Assembly (NCBI GenBank): GCA_023622385.1
Contig: JAMNZI010000063.1
Coordinates: 1,887 to 65,886 of the forward strand
Direction: 5' to 3'
From: Bacillota bacterium
Lineage (GTDB): Bacteria > Bacillota > Clostridia > Caldicoprobacterales > Caldicoprobacteraceae
Length of the DNA: 64,000 bases
The notes under the pieces were generated by a model, which did no database searches, had not been told where the DNA came from, and worked only from the letters and a program-made list of their open reading frames with translations. Position numbers and translations under genes: made by a program. Below are positions 42,223-53,442 of the stretch, in pieces. Numbering within the stretch: the stretch's first letter is position 1; every line of letters starts with the position of its first letter.

Positions 42223-43116
42223 CTAAAGCGCTTTTCGTTTAGAATTGAACAGTTTAAGAAGCTGGTTTACATACCCTTTAAGCCCCTGGGCTTTACCATC
42301 GTCATTTTGCCCTCCTGCAGCTATGGACTGGGCCATGCTGTATACCTGCCTAGCTGCATGGCTTTTGGGATATTCCAGCACAAACGGCTTCTGCTTTTTG
42401 GTAGACCTCACCACTACATCGTCATACAGTATATACCCCAGCGGTTCCAATTTGACATCTAGGAACCTTTGGGCCACCCTTATAAAATTGTCCATCACGT
42501 CCCTTGCCTCATGGGCGCTCTCGGCTCTGTTGACCACTAACCTCAAGTTAATATCCTTTTTTATGGTTACCACAGACTTGACCAGGGCATATGCATCGGT
42601 TACCGATGTGGGTTCAGGTGTGGTGATTACAACAGCCTCGTTGGCTGCCAGGATCATCCGAATGACCTTTTCAGAAACCCCAGCTCCTGTATCTATCATT
42701 ATTATGTCTGCCAGCTCATCCAAATGCTCAAGCTGCGCCATCAAGACTTCCATATCCTGGGTGGAAAGGTTAAGAAGCTCCCATATGCCCGATCCGCCTG
42801 CTATAAATTTGATACCGCAAGGGCCTTGGACTATAACCTCTTCAATCCTCTTTTTATGGGTAATTACATGAAACAAGTTGTATTTGGGTATCATCCCCAG
42901 CATCACGTCTATGTTTGACAGCCCAAAGTCGGCATCTATGATGAGCGTCCTATATCCCATGTTGTTTAAAGCAATGGCACAGTTGAGCGTGAAATTGGTC
43001 TTGCCCACACCCCCCTTGCCACTGGTTACGGTTATGATACGCGCATTTTGAGGAGAAACGCGCTGTTTTTCTTTTAAGTCCTTTACAATTTGCCTTAACC
43101 TTTCGGCCTGATCCAT
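42223..43116 (-). CDS. flhG: MinD-like ATPase FlhG
   Basis: SGKGGVGKT, DADFGLSN, IDTGAG, TPEPTS. Confidence 0.93.
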   Translation of the reverse strand: MDQAERLRQIVKDLKEKQRVSPQNARIITVTSGKGGVGKTNFTLNCAIALNNMGYRTLIIDADFGLSNIDVMLGMIPKYNLFHVITHKKRIEEVIVQGPCGIKFIAGGSGIWELLNLSTQDMEVLMAQLEHLDELADIIMIDTGAGVSEKVIRMILAANEAVVITTPEPTSVTDAYALVKSVVTIKKDINLRLVVNRAESAHEARDVMDNFIRVAQRFLDVKLEPLGYILYDDVVVRSTKKQKPFVLEYPKSHAARQVYSMAQSIAAGGQNDDGKAQGLKGYVNQLLKLFNSKRKAL

Positions 43117-43117
43117 A

Positions 43118-44257
43118 TCAAACTTCCACCCTTTTCATAATGCAGGATAACAGCTTATTGGGATCTGCCACCTCTATATCATCAGGCACGCTCTGACCGG
43201 TAGCTATATACGACAGCGGCTTGCCACTGATATACCTGCAGTTTAATATGATCCCATAGCTCGAAGCCTCATCCATTTTTGTAAAGAGCAGCTTGTAACC
43301 GGGCAGAAAGCTGTAACTATTGATTATATTTAAACACCCCGAATAGCTAGTGTTGCAGCTCAGTACCAGATAGACCTCATCGGCCTTGCTTAAGGAAATG
43401 AGCTCCAATATCTCCTTTTCTTGCGCCCTGTCTTTGATGCTCTTACCAGCCGTATCGACAAACACAACATCCTTATCCCGGTGCTCTTCTAGGGCTTCCA
43501 CTATCTCCCTGGGCGAATACAGGATGCTCAAGGGAATCTCCATGATTTCTGCATATATCTTGAGCTGATCCACCGCTGCAATCCTGTATGTATCGGCGGT
43601 TATAAGTCCCACCTTCATCTGCTTTTGTATGGAAAATATGGCAGCCAGCTTTGCTAGGGAGGTGGTCTTGCCAACGCCAGTAGGGCCAACGAACACTACC
43701 ACCTTGCGTCTGCCGGGTGAAATCTCAAGAGGCTGTGGATGACCGATATGCTCCATGAGCACCTGCCTTAAGCATCGTTCAAAATCAGCGGAGCTTCTCT
43801 CGTGAAGCAAAGCGGCTTTTTGGATGATGTCCTTCGCGATGGTCTCGCTTACCTCGTTTTTGACCAGCACTTCATAATATGGTACGTATTCCCGTTTTAT
43901 GCCCTGCTCGGCACGGTCTTCCATTGCCTTAAAACCACTCGTCAATTTATTTAAAATTTCTCCCATATTGGCGATCTGGGATTCCAGCTTCTCCAACACC
44001 CTGCTGGTATCATCCTGCCTTGCCGGCAGAGCATAGTTTGTTGCACCAAAGGGCACTATTCTGCGGGGAGTGAAGTTCCCTTCACTAGACTCATCTGCAG
44101 CTGCCACCACTTCAATCAGCGGCCTTTTAAACCACCCGATTATCCCCTTTTGCCGTATCTTACGGGTGTTTAGTATGAGGGCATCTTTGCCCATTTCGTC
44201 CTTAACCTTTTGCATAGTTTCCTGAACGGTATGGCCGATATACCTCTTCACTTTCAT
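43118..44257 (-). CDS. flhF: SRP-family GTPase FlhF
   Basis: GPTGVGKTT, DTYRIAA, DTAG, TKMDE, GQSVPDDI. Confidence 0.96.
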   Translation of the reverse strand: MKVKRYIGHTVQETMQKVKDEMGKDALILNTRKIRQKGIIGWFKRPLIEVVAAADESSEGNFTPRRIVPFGATNYALPARQDDTSRVLEKLESQIANMGEILNKLTSGFKAMEDRAEQGIKREYVPYYEVLVKNEVSETIAKDIIQKAALLHERSSADFERCLRQVLMEHIGHPQPLEISPGRRKVVVFVGPTGVGKTTSLAKLAAIFSIQKQMKVGLITADTYRIAAVDQLKIYAEIMEIPLSILYSPREIVEALEEHRDKDVVFVDTAGKSIKDRAQEKEILELISLSKADEVYLVLSCNTSYSGCLNIINSYSFLPGYKLLFTKMDEASSYGIILNCRYISGKPLSYIATGQSVPDDIEVADPNKLLSCIMKRVEV

Positions 44258-44261
44258 AGAC

Positions 44262-46316
44262 TTAAGCTCTCACCACCCCCACTGACCGTATCTCCACCGA
44301 GTTGTCCAGCTCGTTATACGATAAAACCACCAAGTCGGGCGCTACCTGCTCGGTCAGCTTTTTGAAATACATCCTCACCACAGGCGCAGTCAGCACTATG
44401 GGCTGTAGCCCCAGAGAAGTAAACTTCTCCAGTTCTTTGGTGAGGTTTTTAAATATGGATTGCATCTTATTAGGTTCCAATGCCAAATAAGAGCCGTGCT
44501 CAGTTTGTTGAACGCTATCCATTATGGCCTTTTCCAGATCGGGAGCAAGCGTTAGAACTTTTGCCTTTTTCTCCGGCACAAACCTCAATGTAATAGTGCG
44601 CGATAGGGCCTGACGGACGTATTCGGTCAGCATATCGGGATCTTTGGTTATATTACCGTAATCTGCCAGCGTCTCGAGTATGGTGACCATATCCCGTATG
44701 GGCACATTCTCCTTTATCAAGTTGGACAGCACTTTTTGGACCTCGCCAAGGGTCAATGTCTTGGGCACCACTTCCTCTACCAGTGCCGGATACTTCTCTT
44801 TTAAATTGTCCAGCATGGCCTGCACATCCTGCCGATTGATCAGTTCATGCCCATGTTTTCTTATGACCTCAGTGAGATGCGTTGATATAACCGAAGGGGC
44901 ATCCACCACCGTATAACCCAACATCTCAGCCTTTTCCCTCTGATGTTCTTTTATCCATTTGGCGGGCAAGCCAAAGGCGGGTTCCACGGTATCGATACCT
45001 TCTATGGGCTGTTCCACCGTGCCAGGATCCATGGCGAGCAAGTGATCAAGCAACACCTGACCTCTGGCCACCTCCACTCCCTTCACCTTTATGACGTATT
45101 CGTTGGGCTCAAGCTGTATGTTGTCCCTCAGCCTTATTACCGGAACGATGAGCCCCAGGTCAAGGGCCATTTGCCTTCGTATCATGACGATTCTGTCCAA
45201 CAGATCTCCGCCCTGGTTCACGTCGGCCAGGGGTATAAGGCCGTATCCAAACTCCACTTCCAAGGGATCGACTTCCAAAAACTGCATCACGTTTTCGGGC
45301 TTACGCATCTCTTCCAGCATGCTTTCGGAAGCAGCCTCCTGCCCAACAGCCGCTAACGACACCTTGGAAGCCTGGATCATGGTATAGCCCATATATGCCA
45401 TGCCAGCCCCCATTATAAACAATATCCAGCGCGGAAAGCCCGGAAAAAAGCCCATTACAAACAGAAGAACAGATGCCAGTATAAGCACAAGGGGCTGATC
45501 GGTTATCTGTTTAATCAGGTCCTGTCCTAGGTTGGATTCGGAAGCTGCCCTGGTGACTATGATGCCGGTGGCAGTGGATATTAGCAAAGCGGGAATTTGG
45601 CTTACCAGCCCATCGCCTATGGTCAATATGGTATAGCGCTCAAGCACCTCCTCAATCGCCATCCCCATCTTAGTCGAGCCAATTATAATGCCACCCACTA
45701 TATTGACGATGGTGATCAGAATTCCCACTATGGCATCGCCTTTGACGAACTTGCTGGCACCGTCCATGGCACCGTAAAAGTCGGCCTCCTGCTGTATCCT
45801 CTGCCTGCGCCTTTTAGCCTCGTTCTCGTCAATAAGGCCTGAGTTCAGGTCAGCGTCTATAGCCATCTGCTTTCCAGGCATGGCATCCAGGGTGAAGCGC
45901 GCTGCAACCTCTGCCACCCTCTCGGCCCCTTTTGTTATGACGATGAACTGCACGATTATTATGATCAAAAACACGATGGCCCCTACCACCAAGTTGCCCT
46001 GTACCACGAAATTGCCAAAGGTCTCGATCACCCTTCCGGCCGAACCTTTGCCCAATATGAGCTTGGTGGACGATATGTTGAGCGCCAGACGAAAAAGGGT
46101 GGTAATGAGGAGCACCGAAGGAAACACCGCAAAATCCAGCGGCTCTTTTATGTAAAGGGTGACAAACAGTATGACCAGCGATAATGAAAGATTGATGGTG
46201 AGAAGTATGTCCATCATGGTTTCATTCAGCGGTAGGATGATAAGAAGAACTACGGCCACCATTATAAAAGCGATGAAGACGTCTGCAAACTTCAACCCCC
46301 AAAACCTCCCCCTCAA
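44262..46316 (-). CDS. flhA: Flagellar export gate protein FlhA
   Basis: [49 protein letters not shown]. Confidence 0.98.
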   Translation of the reverse strand: MRGRFWGLKFADVFIAFIMVAVVLLIILPLNETMMDILLTINLSLSLVILFVTLYIKEPLDFAVFPSVLLITTLFRLALNISSTKLILGKGSAGRVIETFGNFVVQGNLVVGAIVFLIIIIVQFIVITKGAERVAEVAARFTLDAMPGKQMAIDADLNSGLIDENEAKRRRQRIQQEADFYGAMDGASKFVKGDAIVGILITIVNIVGGIIIGSTKMGMAIEEVLERYTILTIGDGLVSQIPALLISTATGIIVTRAASESNLGQDLIKQITDQPLVLILASVLLFVMGFFPGFPRWILFIMGAGMAYMGYTMIQASKVSLAAVGQEAASESMLEEMRKPENVMQFLEVDPLEVEFGYGLIPLADVNQGGDLLDRIVMIRRQMALDLGLIVPVIRLRDNIQLEPNEYVIKVKGVEVARGQVLLDHLLAMDPGTVEQPIEGIDTVEPAFGLPAKWIKEHQREKAEMLGYTVVDAPSVISTHLTEVIRKHGHELINRQDVQAMLDNLKEKYPALVEEVVPKTLTLGEVQKVLSNLIKENVPIRDMVTILETLADYGNITKDPDMLTEYVRQALSRTITLRFVPEKKAKVLTLAPDLEKAIMDSVQQTEHGSYLALEPNKMQSIFKNLTKELEKFTSLGLQPIVLTAPVVRMYFKKLTEQVAPDLVVLSYNELDNSVEIRSVGVVRA

Positions 46317-47398
46317 ATACGTTTCCCCTTTACGCTGTACACAAAGGCCAGGACTTCTGCTACCGCACGGAACAGCTCAGGCGGTATGGTTTGACCAATT
46401 TCGGTGGATTTATATAACATCTGAGCCAGAGGCTTGTTTTCCACTATATACACCCCGTGCTTTTTGGCTACCTCCTTGATCTTCAATGCGAGATAATCCT
46501 GCCCTTTGGCTACCACCACCGGTGCATCGTGCTCCTTTGGGTCATAGCGCAAAGCCACAGCAAAATGTACGGGGTTGGTTATGACCACATCCGCCTTGGG
46601 TATTTCCTGCATCATCCTGCGCAGCCCAATCTGCCTTTGACGCTCCCGAATACGAGAGCGAATAAGGGGATGACCTTCCACTTCCTTGTATTCATCCTTC
46701 AACTCCTGTTTCGTCATCCTTAGGCTCTTTTCATACTCCCACCATTGATAAAAATAGTCGAACACCGCAAGTATAATGAATACCACTGCCATCTTTATTC
46801 CGATGTTAAAGGCCATGTCGGCCACCGCCATAAAGCTCCTCTTTACGCCCCATTTGGACAACTGAGCAAGGGACTCTATATCTGCCATAAATTCTTTATA
46901 GGATATGAAAACCACTATGGCCAACTTTAGCAGCGACTTCAAAAGCTCAACAAGTGTCCTCTTTGAAAATATCCTCTTTAAGCCTTCCAGCGGGTTTATA
47001 CGGTTCAAACTGGGCATTAGTGGCCTGGTAGTAAATATGAACCCCACCTGCCAGTAGTTGATGGCCAGCCCGGCCAACATGACCAGCCCGCACAGCGGCA
47101 ACACCACCAATGCCACCGTATACATTATCTCTTTAGTTATGTTCACAATACCGGTATATGTATAAAGCTGATCAAGGAGAGCATCAGCTTGAAGATATCG
47201 ACCATATGCCCGACACAGCTTATCCATCATAAAGGAGGACGTAAATTTTAGGACCAATAGCCCTATCATAAGGGTCACGGCTGAATTTAATTCCACGCTT
47301 TTGAAGACCTGTCCTCTTTCCCTAGCCTCTCTCCTCTTTTTGGGGGTGGCCTTCTCGGTCCTTTCCTCGGCAAAAAGCTGAAGATTCATACGCATCAT
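46313..47398 (-). CDS. flhB: Flagellar export switch protein FlhB
   Basis: [30 protein letters not shown], autocleavage site NPVH. Confidence 0.97.
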   Translation of the reverse strand: MMRMNLQLFAEERTEKATPKKRREARERGQVFKSVELNSAVTLMIGLLVLKFTSSFMMDKLCRAYGRYLQADALLDQLYTYTGIVNITKEIMYTVALVVLPLCGLVMLAGLAINYWQVGFIFTTRPLMPSLNRINPLEGLKRIFSKRTLVELLKSLLKLAIVVFISYKEFMADIESLAQLSKWGVKRSFMAVADMAFNIGIKMAVVFIILAVFDYFYQWWEYEKSLRMTKQELKDEYKEVEGHPLIRSRIRERQRQIGLRRMMQEIPKADVVITNPVHFAVALRYDPKEHDAPVVVAKGQDYLALKIKEVAKKHGVYIVENKPLAQMLYKSTEIGQTIPPELFRAVAEVLAFVYSVKGKRI

Positions 47399-48186
47399 TG
47401 TAGGTTCAACCCTTGTATTACGCTCCTTATTCCCTTGAACATAGAACTAAACGCGCCGTCCATTACGCTTATCAATACAGGTACAGTCAAAAACAGCACC
47501 ACTAACCCTATAAGTATTTTAAAGGGCAACCCGATCACGAATATGTTCATCTGAGGTATCATCCTCACCAATATACCGAATATCAACTCAGCTAGCAAGG
47601 CGGAAGCTATGGCTGGTACGGCCATCTTAAGCCCCAGCACGAAAAATTCTACAAACATATTGAACAGCGGAAGCGCTATATCCCCCGCCAACGATGCCTT
47701 TCCAAGGGGTAATGCTTCGAAGCTATACATCAGCAGCCTGATGAGGGTATGGTGCCCATCCATGGCAAAGAACAATACCATGGCAAGCACGTTGTTGAAA
47801 TTGCCCACCAGGGGGATCTGTATATTGGTCTGGGGATCCAGTATATGCACAACGCCAAAGCCAATCTGGTTGTCTATCAGCTGCCCTGCTAGCAAGAAGG
47901 CTGAAAAAGTCAACAGCACCACATAGCCCATGATGATGCCTATAAAGATCTCTTTAATGATATAAAAAGCCAGCTCTATATATGAGCCTATATCAATTGC
48001 CTCTCCATCAACAGGATAGTAGGCCGCCGTAACAAAAGTCAAGGCCAATATAAGGCCTATGGTAAATATGGCAGGTACGCTCCTTCTCCCAAACACCGGC
48101 GACATAAAGAACATTCCCGATATCCTGGCCAGCACCAAAAGCGCTACATCGATGTTCAACAAAATCCTCGCAAGCGCGTACAGCAT
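47395..48186 (-). CDS. fliR: Flagellar export protein FliR
   Basis: [29 protein letters not shown]. Confidence 0.95.
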   Translation of the reverse strand: MLYALARILLNIDVALLVLARISGMFFMSPVFGRRSVPAIFTIGLILALTFVTAAYYPVDGEAIDIGSYIELAFYIIKEIFIGIIMGYVVLLTFSAFLLAGQLIDNQIGFGVVHILDPQTNIQIPLVGNFNNVLAMVLFFAMDGHHTLIRLLMYSFEALPLGKASLAGDIALPLFNMFVEFFVLGLKMAVPAIASALLAELIFGILVRMIPQMNIFVIGLPFKILIGLVVLFLTVPVLISVMDGAFSSMFKGIRSVIQGLNLQ

Positions 48187-48193
48187 CTTCAGT

Positions 48194-48484
48194 TCACAAT
48201 CCCAATATGGTATTTATGCTGTTATACAGCCTGAGAGTGAAATTGACCATGGTCTCTAAAATCCATGGCCCAAATATGATAAGGGCAACAGCCACCGCCA
48301 AGATTTTTGGGATGAAGACGAGGGTATGTTCGTTTATCTGCGTGATGGCCTGGAATATGGCCACTACAAGCCCTACCACCAGGCCCAGCCCCAACACGGG
48401 AGCCGATAGAAGCATCCCCGTGTATATGGCCTGTTGCGCCAAAGTTATTATCTCCCTCTGGCTCACTGTACCACTTCCCTTCAT
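48194..48484 (-). CDS. fliQ: Flagellar export protein FliQ
   Basis: [18 protein letters not shown]. Confidence 0.95.
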   Translation of the reverse strand: MKGSGTVSQREIITLAQQAIYTGMLLSAPVLGLGLVVGLVVAIFQAITQINEHTLVFIPKILAVAVALIIFGPWILETMVNFTLRLYNSINTILGL

Positions 48485-49263
48485 CTGAATCCTGCCACTA
48501 AATTTTTAATCACCAGGTCCCATCCGTCCACCATTACAAACAACAATATCTTAAGGGGCAAGGAGATCATAACCGGAGGCAACATCATCATACCCATGGA
48601 CATGAGAGTGCTGGCAACCACCATATCCACGATGATGAAGGGGATATATATCAAAAAACCGATCTGAAAGGCCGTCTTAAGCTCGCTGGTTATAAACGCT
48701 GGTATGAGTACGTGTGTAGGTATATCATCATAGGTATCGGGTTGCTGTTGGCCCGAAAGATCCAAAAACAATATAAGGTCCTTTTCCCTCGTTTGCTTTA
48801 ACATAAACTCCCGGATGGGCTTTATGGCTTGCTGGGCAGCGGTCTGCTGGTCTATATCACCCTTAAGATAGGGTTGAATGGCGTTATCATTTATCTGGGT
48901 CACAGTGGGCGCCATCACAAAAAAGGTGAGGAACAGGGCAAGGCCTATCAAAACTTGGTTAGGTGGCGTCTGCTGTGTCCCCAGGGCATTTCTCATAAAC
49001 GCCAACACAATTATGATACGGGTAAAGGCGGTCATCATAATGAGGATTGTAGGTGCCAGCGCCAGTACCGTCAGAATCCCCAGTATCTCCAAGCTGTCAA
49101 CTACATCTTGGGGTGACTGCGCGGTCTCCACTTCCAAGTGGGGAATGGGAATAGATGGCTGTGCAAAAGCTCTACAAGTGCATATGAAAGAAGATAAAGA
49201 TATAAGTACGACAAACGTTATAACCATGAAAAACCGCTTCTTAAGCATCTCTATTCGCCTCAT
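48481..49263 (-). CDS. fliP: Flagellar export protein FliP
   Basis: [43 protein letters not shown]. Confidence 0.97.
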   Translation of the reverse strand: MRRIEMLKKRFFMVITFVVLISLSSFICTCRAFAQPSIPIPHLEVETAQSPQDVVDSLEILGILTVLALAPTILIMMTAFTRIIIVLAFMRNALGTQQTPPNQVLIGLALFLTFFVMAPTVTQINDNAIQPYLKGDIDQQTAAQQAIKPIREFMLKQTREKDLILFLDLSGQQQPDTYDDIPTHVLIPAFITSELKTAFQIGFLIYIPFIIVDMVVASTLMSMGMMMLPPVMISLPLKILLFVMVDGWDLVIKNLVAGFR

Positions 49264-49603
49264 CCTTTAGCTTTTTCAGATAGTTTCCCAATAACTTGGC
49301 AAACGAACCGTTTGCCTCTTCAGAATAAAGGGGTATCAGCTCTTGCTGAGATATCTGACCTAAAAACTCCATGTTCTGGCCGGTAATCCCCACTATGTAG
49401 TATTGATTGCCAACCTGTATGACGCACACCCACTTATCCCTTCCCAAAAAGATTCGATCAATTACCTTCATATACTTTCCACTGGTATAGCCAGCAAACT
49501 TCGTGCCCACAAGCCGCGCCATTAAATAGGCCAGGGCCAAAACGATTATAAACGCTATTAAAATGCCTATAGCTCGCAGTATCTCTTCCATCTCTTCATT
49601 CAT
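49241..49603 (-). CDS. fliO: Flagellar protein FliO
   Basis: N-terminal TM plus [13 protein letters not shown]...YYIVG; position upstream of fliP. Confidence 0.85.
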   Translation of the reverse strand: MNEEMEEILRAIGILIAFIIVLALAYLMARLVGTKFAGYTSGKYMKVIDRIFLGRDKWVCVIQVGNQYYIVGITGQNMEFLGQISQQELIPLYSEEANGSFAKLLGNYLKKLKDEANRDA

Positions 49604-49962
49604 CCAATAATCTTTTTAACTGATTCAATAACCCTATCTGCCTGGAATGGCTTGACCACAAAGTCCCGTGCTCCCGCCTGTATAGATTCGATCACCATGG
49701 CCTGCTGCCCCATAGCAGAACACATCATTATCTTTGCATCCGGGTTTATCTTTTTAATCTCCCGAACAGCCTGTATTCCATCCATTTCGGGCATGGTGAT
49801 ATCCATAATGACCAGGTCGGGCTGAAGCTCCTTATACTTTTCCACTGCCTTCAACCCATTTTCGGCCTCTCCGACTATTTCATACCCATTCTTAGTCAAT
49901 ATATCCTTGAGCATCATGCGCATAAATGCGGCATCATCGACTACCAAAATCCTTTTTCCCAT
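49600..49962 (-). CDS. cheY: Chemotaxis response regulator CheY
   Basis: VVDDAAFMRMM, MDITMPEMDG, SAMGQ, FVVKPF; start at 49962 (or 49968). Confidence 0.96.
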   Translation of the reverse strand: MGKRILVVDDAAFMRMMLKDILTKNGYEIVGEAENGLKAVEKYKELQPDLVIMDITMPEMDGIQAVREIKKINPDAKIMMCSAMGQQAMVIESIQAGARDFVVKPFQADRVIESVKKIIG

Positions 49963-50016
49963 AACCATCCCCCTTTTTTTATGAATACTATTGTATATAT
50001 TATTGTAGGCCAAAGT

Positions 50017-51153
50017 TTATTTAAGGCTCGATATCCGTTTGGCAGGACTTATTATATCAGTTATCCTGACGCCAAAGCTGTCGTCAATTACCACTACTTC
50101 ACCTTTGGCTATTACCTTTCCATTCACCAGTACGTCTATGGGCTCACCGGCCATCTTGTCTAGTTCTATCACGGAGCCGACGCTAAGCTCAAGGATTTCT
50201 TTTATCAGCTTATGCGTTCTCCCCAGCTCCACTGAAACCTGCAGCGGCACATCCAGTATCAAATCGAGGTTATTCTTGTTTCCGCTTTCCGTCTTTTCCT
50301 CCAGGGGCTGAAACGAAACGGGCTGTACATTGATGGGCTTAGCTTTTGGAGCATCAGAAAAAGTCTTATGCTCATATTCATTCCCCGAACTTTGTACCGT
50401 TTGCAATAGATCCTGTGCGGTCTGCGATAGATTCTGCTGCAAAGAAGTATCGCTGGCTTGCTGTGAAGCTACTTGCTGATCGTACTGCCCCAGCAAATTG
50501 CTCAATAACTTCTTTGCAAAATCAATGGGCAATAGCTGCATTATACAGCTATCAATGAGCCCCTCGACCACCATCTTAAAGTTGATTCGGACTATGGGTT
50601 CGTCGGACTTAAAAAGGGTGTATGAGAAATCGCTGCTCAAATCCATGACGAAAGTGTTGGGCGGCGATATCAAAATGCTCTTGTTGAACATGGTGGACAG
50701 CGAAGTACAAGCAGAGCCCATCATCTGATTCATAACTTCGCCTATAGCGCTTAAATGCATGTCTGTGATTTCGCCCTCAACGTTGGTACCGTCTCCGCCC
50801 ATCATCAGATCAGTGATGACCTTGACATCCTTCTCCTGTATTATCAGTATGTTTGTCCCCTCCAGCCCTTGGGTATACTGAACCTCTGCAGCTACAAAAG
50901 GAATTGGATACTGCTTTGCAAGCTCCTTAATAGTGGTTATGGTCACTTCGGGAGTAGTGATTATTACCTTTTTGCCAACCAGAGTTGAAAGGGTGGTTGC
51001 CGCCGTACCCATGCTGATATTGCCTATTTCCCCTAGAGCATCAATCTCTTCCGGAGTAAGCTGCTGGGATGATGGCTGCATTGCAATGATTTGACCTCTT
51101 AGAAGAGCGTCTATTTCTTCCTGAGATAGCATATCGTTCATGTCCATGTCCAT
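50017..51153 (-). CDS. fliY: Flagellar switch phosphatase FliY
   Basis: LSQEEIDALL, two CheC-like sites (EIGNISMG, EVMNQMMG), C-terminal FliN/SPOA domain. Confidence 0.95.
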   Translation of the reverse strand: MDMDMNDMLSQEEIDALLRGQIIAMQPSSQQLTPEEIDALGEIGNISMGTAATTLSTLVGKKVIITTPEVTITTIKELAKQYPIPFVAAEVQYTQGLEGTNILIIQEKDVKVITDLMMGGDGTNVEGEITDMHLSAIGEVMNQMMGSACTSLSTMFNKSILISPPNTFVMDLSSDFSYTLFKSDEPIVRINFKMVVEGLIDSCIMQLLPIDFAKKLLSNLLGQYDQQVASQQASDTSLQQNLSQTAQDLLQTVQSSGNEYEHKTFSDAPKAKPINVQPVSFQPLEEKTESGNKNNLDLILDVPLQVSVELGRTHKLIKEILELSVGSVIELDKMAGEPIDVLVNGKVIAKGEVVVIDDSFGVRITDIISPAKRISSLK

Positions 51154-51156
51154 GTT

Positions 51157-52152
51157 TCAAACCTTTCCCCCTTCTTCGCATATACTGGTAATTTGAACAG
51201 CCAGACTGTTCTTCTTCAAGCCCACAATTCCTAAAAACTTTTTAACATCGCCGACATAGAGGGCGATATCCTCATCCACTTTCTTATCTAGCTTGATCAC
51301 ATCCCCTTTCTGAAGCTCTAACAGGTCTCTGATGGTAACGGTGGTCTGACCCAATACCGCCTTTACCTCAACCCGGGTGGTCTCTATCTGAGAAGCCAAC
51401 AACTCATAATGTTTTAGCTCGTTTTCTTCGGCAAGCTTTGTAGAAAACCAGTGCTTGGAGCTCAGCTGCGGTATGATGGGTTCAATCACCAAATAAGGAA
51501 TGCATATATTCATCATTCCCTGAACCTCTCCAATGTGGGTATCAAGGGTTATTATGGCAATGGACTCGTTCGGCGAAATCAGCTGCGCAAACTGGGCATT
51601 TGTCTCTATGCCCTCCAACATGAACTCAGCATTTATTACGTTAGCCCATGAGCTGCTCATTATAGGTAAAAGCTGTCTTATTATCCTCTCGATCAGCACG
51701 ATCTCAATTTCGGTAAAATCCCTGACTCTCTCAGGAGCCAGCCCCAGCCCGCCTAACATGCGGTCGATGATGGCATATACCACATTGGGAGAAAACTCCA
51801 ATATTATGGATCCTTTAAGGGGCTTGAATTCGATGATCCCGAGGACGACAGGAGCAGGGAGTGAGTTGATGAACTCGCCATACGTCTGCGGTTCCACCGA
51901 AACCAGTTCTATCTGGCAATACGTGCGCAGGATTCCGGAAAAATACGATCCCATAAGCCGCGCCAAGTTTTCGTGTATGATCTGTAAGGTACGAAGCTGA
52001 TCTTTGGCAAACTTCTTTGGCCTTCTGAAATCGTATACGGATATCTTTTTCTCGCGCGTCTCTTCCTTGATATCGTTTATGTTTACCTCCCCTGTCATAA
52101 AAGCTTCCAGGAGTTCGTCAATCTCTCGTTGCGACAGTACTTCTGCCACCAA
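51157..52152 (-). CDS. fliM: Flagellar motor switch protein FliM
   Basis: EVLSQREIDELL, YDFRRPKKF, DRMLGGLG, C-terminal SPOA. Confidence 0.97.
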   Translation of the reverse strand: MVAEVLSQREIDELLEAFMTGEVNINDIKEETREKKISVYDFRRPKKFAKDQLRTLQIIHENLARLMGSYFSGILRTYCQIELVSVEPQTYGEFINSLPAPVVLGIIEFKPLKGSIILEFSPNVVYAIIDRMLGGLGLAPERVRDFTEIEIVLIERIIRQLLPIMSSSWANVINAEFMLEGIETNAQFAQLISPNESIAIITLDTHIGEVQGMMNICIPYLVIEPIIPQLSSKHWFSTKLAEENELKHYELLASQIETTRVEVKAVLGQTTVTIRDLLELQKGDVIKLDKKVDEDIALYVGDVKKFLGIVGLKKNSLAVQITSICEEGGKV

Positions 52153-52171
52153 GCTGTACCTCCCTTACCCC

Positions 52172-52615
52172 TTATTGCATTACAAACTCGTTAAAATATA
52201 TGCCAGTGATGGTATTAATGTTCAAAATCCCTTCTAACTCCTGCTTTATTCTATTCCTCAAGATTTCTTGTATGTCGCCGCGCTTCATGTCATCTTCTGA
52301 AACATCCCGCAGTATCAAGATGATCCTGTCCCTTACCTTGTGCAAGTTATTGTTCAAAACATCCACATCTTTCTGGCTTTCAACCTCTATTGATATATCC
52401 ACTTTTAAATAGGAATTGCTATCCTTTAAGTTTGTGATAAAAGGCTCGTCATCGTGAAAGACGAAGACCTCCTTCTTCCCAGCGTCTTCATAACCATTTT
52501 GGACGCCATTAACTGGATTTGACGGATTCAGTATCACATACAATATAACCCCTATAGCAATGAATAAAACCACAAAAAGCGGTATAATTATCGCTAGCAA
52601 TTTCTTCATATCCAT
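52172..52615 (-). CDS. fliL: Flagellar protein FliL
   Basis: N-terminal TM, FITNLKD, C-terminal IYFNEFVMQ. Confidence 0.92.
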   Translation of the reverse strand: MDMKKLLAIIIPLFVVLFIAIGVILYVILNPSNPVNGVQNGYEDAGKKEVFVFHDDEPFITNLKDSNSYLKVDISIEVESQKDVDVLNNNLHKVRDRIILILRDVSEDDMKRGDIQEILRNRIKQELEGILNINTITGIYFNEFVMQ

Positions 52616-52632
52616 ATCTCTACTTAACCCCT

Positions 52633-53442
52633 TTACTCTATAGTTTGTACGTTATCTACATTAATGGCTTTTACTATCTGTACATCCACTCGCCTGTTCT
52701 TAGCCCTTCCTTCTTCTGTTTCATTTGAGGCTATGGGATAATACTCCCCATAACCCTCACCCGATAGCTTATTGCCGGGGAAGCCATGCTTTTCCTGAAA
52801 GTACCTCACCACTTTTATCGCCCTGTCCGCCGAAAGTTCCCAGTTTGTAGGATAAAATATGGTGTTTATGGGCTGAGTATCGGTATGCCCCTCGACGCGA
52901 ACCCTGTCAATCTGGTCAATGTAATTGAGCAGCATCTTAGCGATTCGGTCGAGTATTTCCTTGGCTTCAGGTTTGAGCTCGGCCTTCCCTACATCAAACA
53001 GCACATAGTCCTTAAAACGGATGAGAATTTCTGTCTGCGTCGGCGAAAGTTCAAGCTGCGCTGGAATTTCATTTTGGGCTATGTATTGGCTCATTTGCTC
53101 ATAAAGCTTTAAGAATGGATCGACCTGGCCAGTACTTTTTTGAGTTTCCGTGCTCTTTTTTATGTTGTTCCCTATTAGTTCTCCCATATCAACAGGTGAA
53201 AGCCCTCCTTCGTCGATTCCTGGTACATCATCGATGCTGGCTCCACCTTCTAAAATTCCAATACTCGACCTCAACGATTGAACCAAAGCTTCCCACTTTT
53301 GCATGTCTATTATGGAAAAAGAATACAGCATCACGAAAAACGTCAAAAGAAGAGTCACCATATCCGAATATGTAACAAACCATTCAGCCACTCCACCCGA
53401 TGACTTTTTTGTCCTTCGTCTCATTTTCATCTCATTCCTCAC
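52633..53442 (-). CDS. motB: Flagellar stator subunit B (MotB/MotS)
   Basis: WFVTYSDMVTLLLTFFVML TM with conserved Asp; OmpA-like domain VEGHTD, NWELSADRA, NRRV. Confidence 0.96.
   Translation of the reverse strand: MRNEMKMRRRTKKSSGGVAEWFVTYSDMVTLLLTFFVMLYSFSIIDMQKWEALVQSLRSSIGILEGGASIDDVPGIDEGGLSPVDMGELIGNNIKKSTETQKSTGQVDPFLKLYEQMSQYIAQNEIPAQLELSPTQTEILIRFKDYVLFDVGKAELKPEAKEILDRIAKMLLNYIDQIDRVRVEGHTDTQPINTIFYPTNWELSADRAIKVVRYFQEKHGFPGNKLSGEGYGEYYPIASNETEEGRAKNRRVDVQIVKAINVDNVQTIE

Noticed and set aside
46565-46576. FlhB cleavage motif NPVH instead of NPTH
   Set aside because: The Asn-Pro scissile pair is intact; substitution at the third position is ordinary variation.
49963-50016. AT-rich spacer before cheY as an internal promoter
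   Set aside because: No convincing -35/-10 pair for sigmaA or sigma28.
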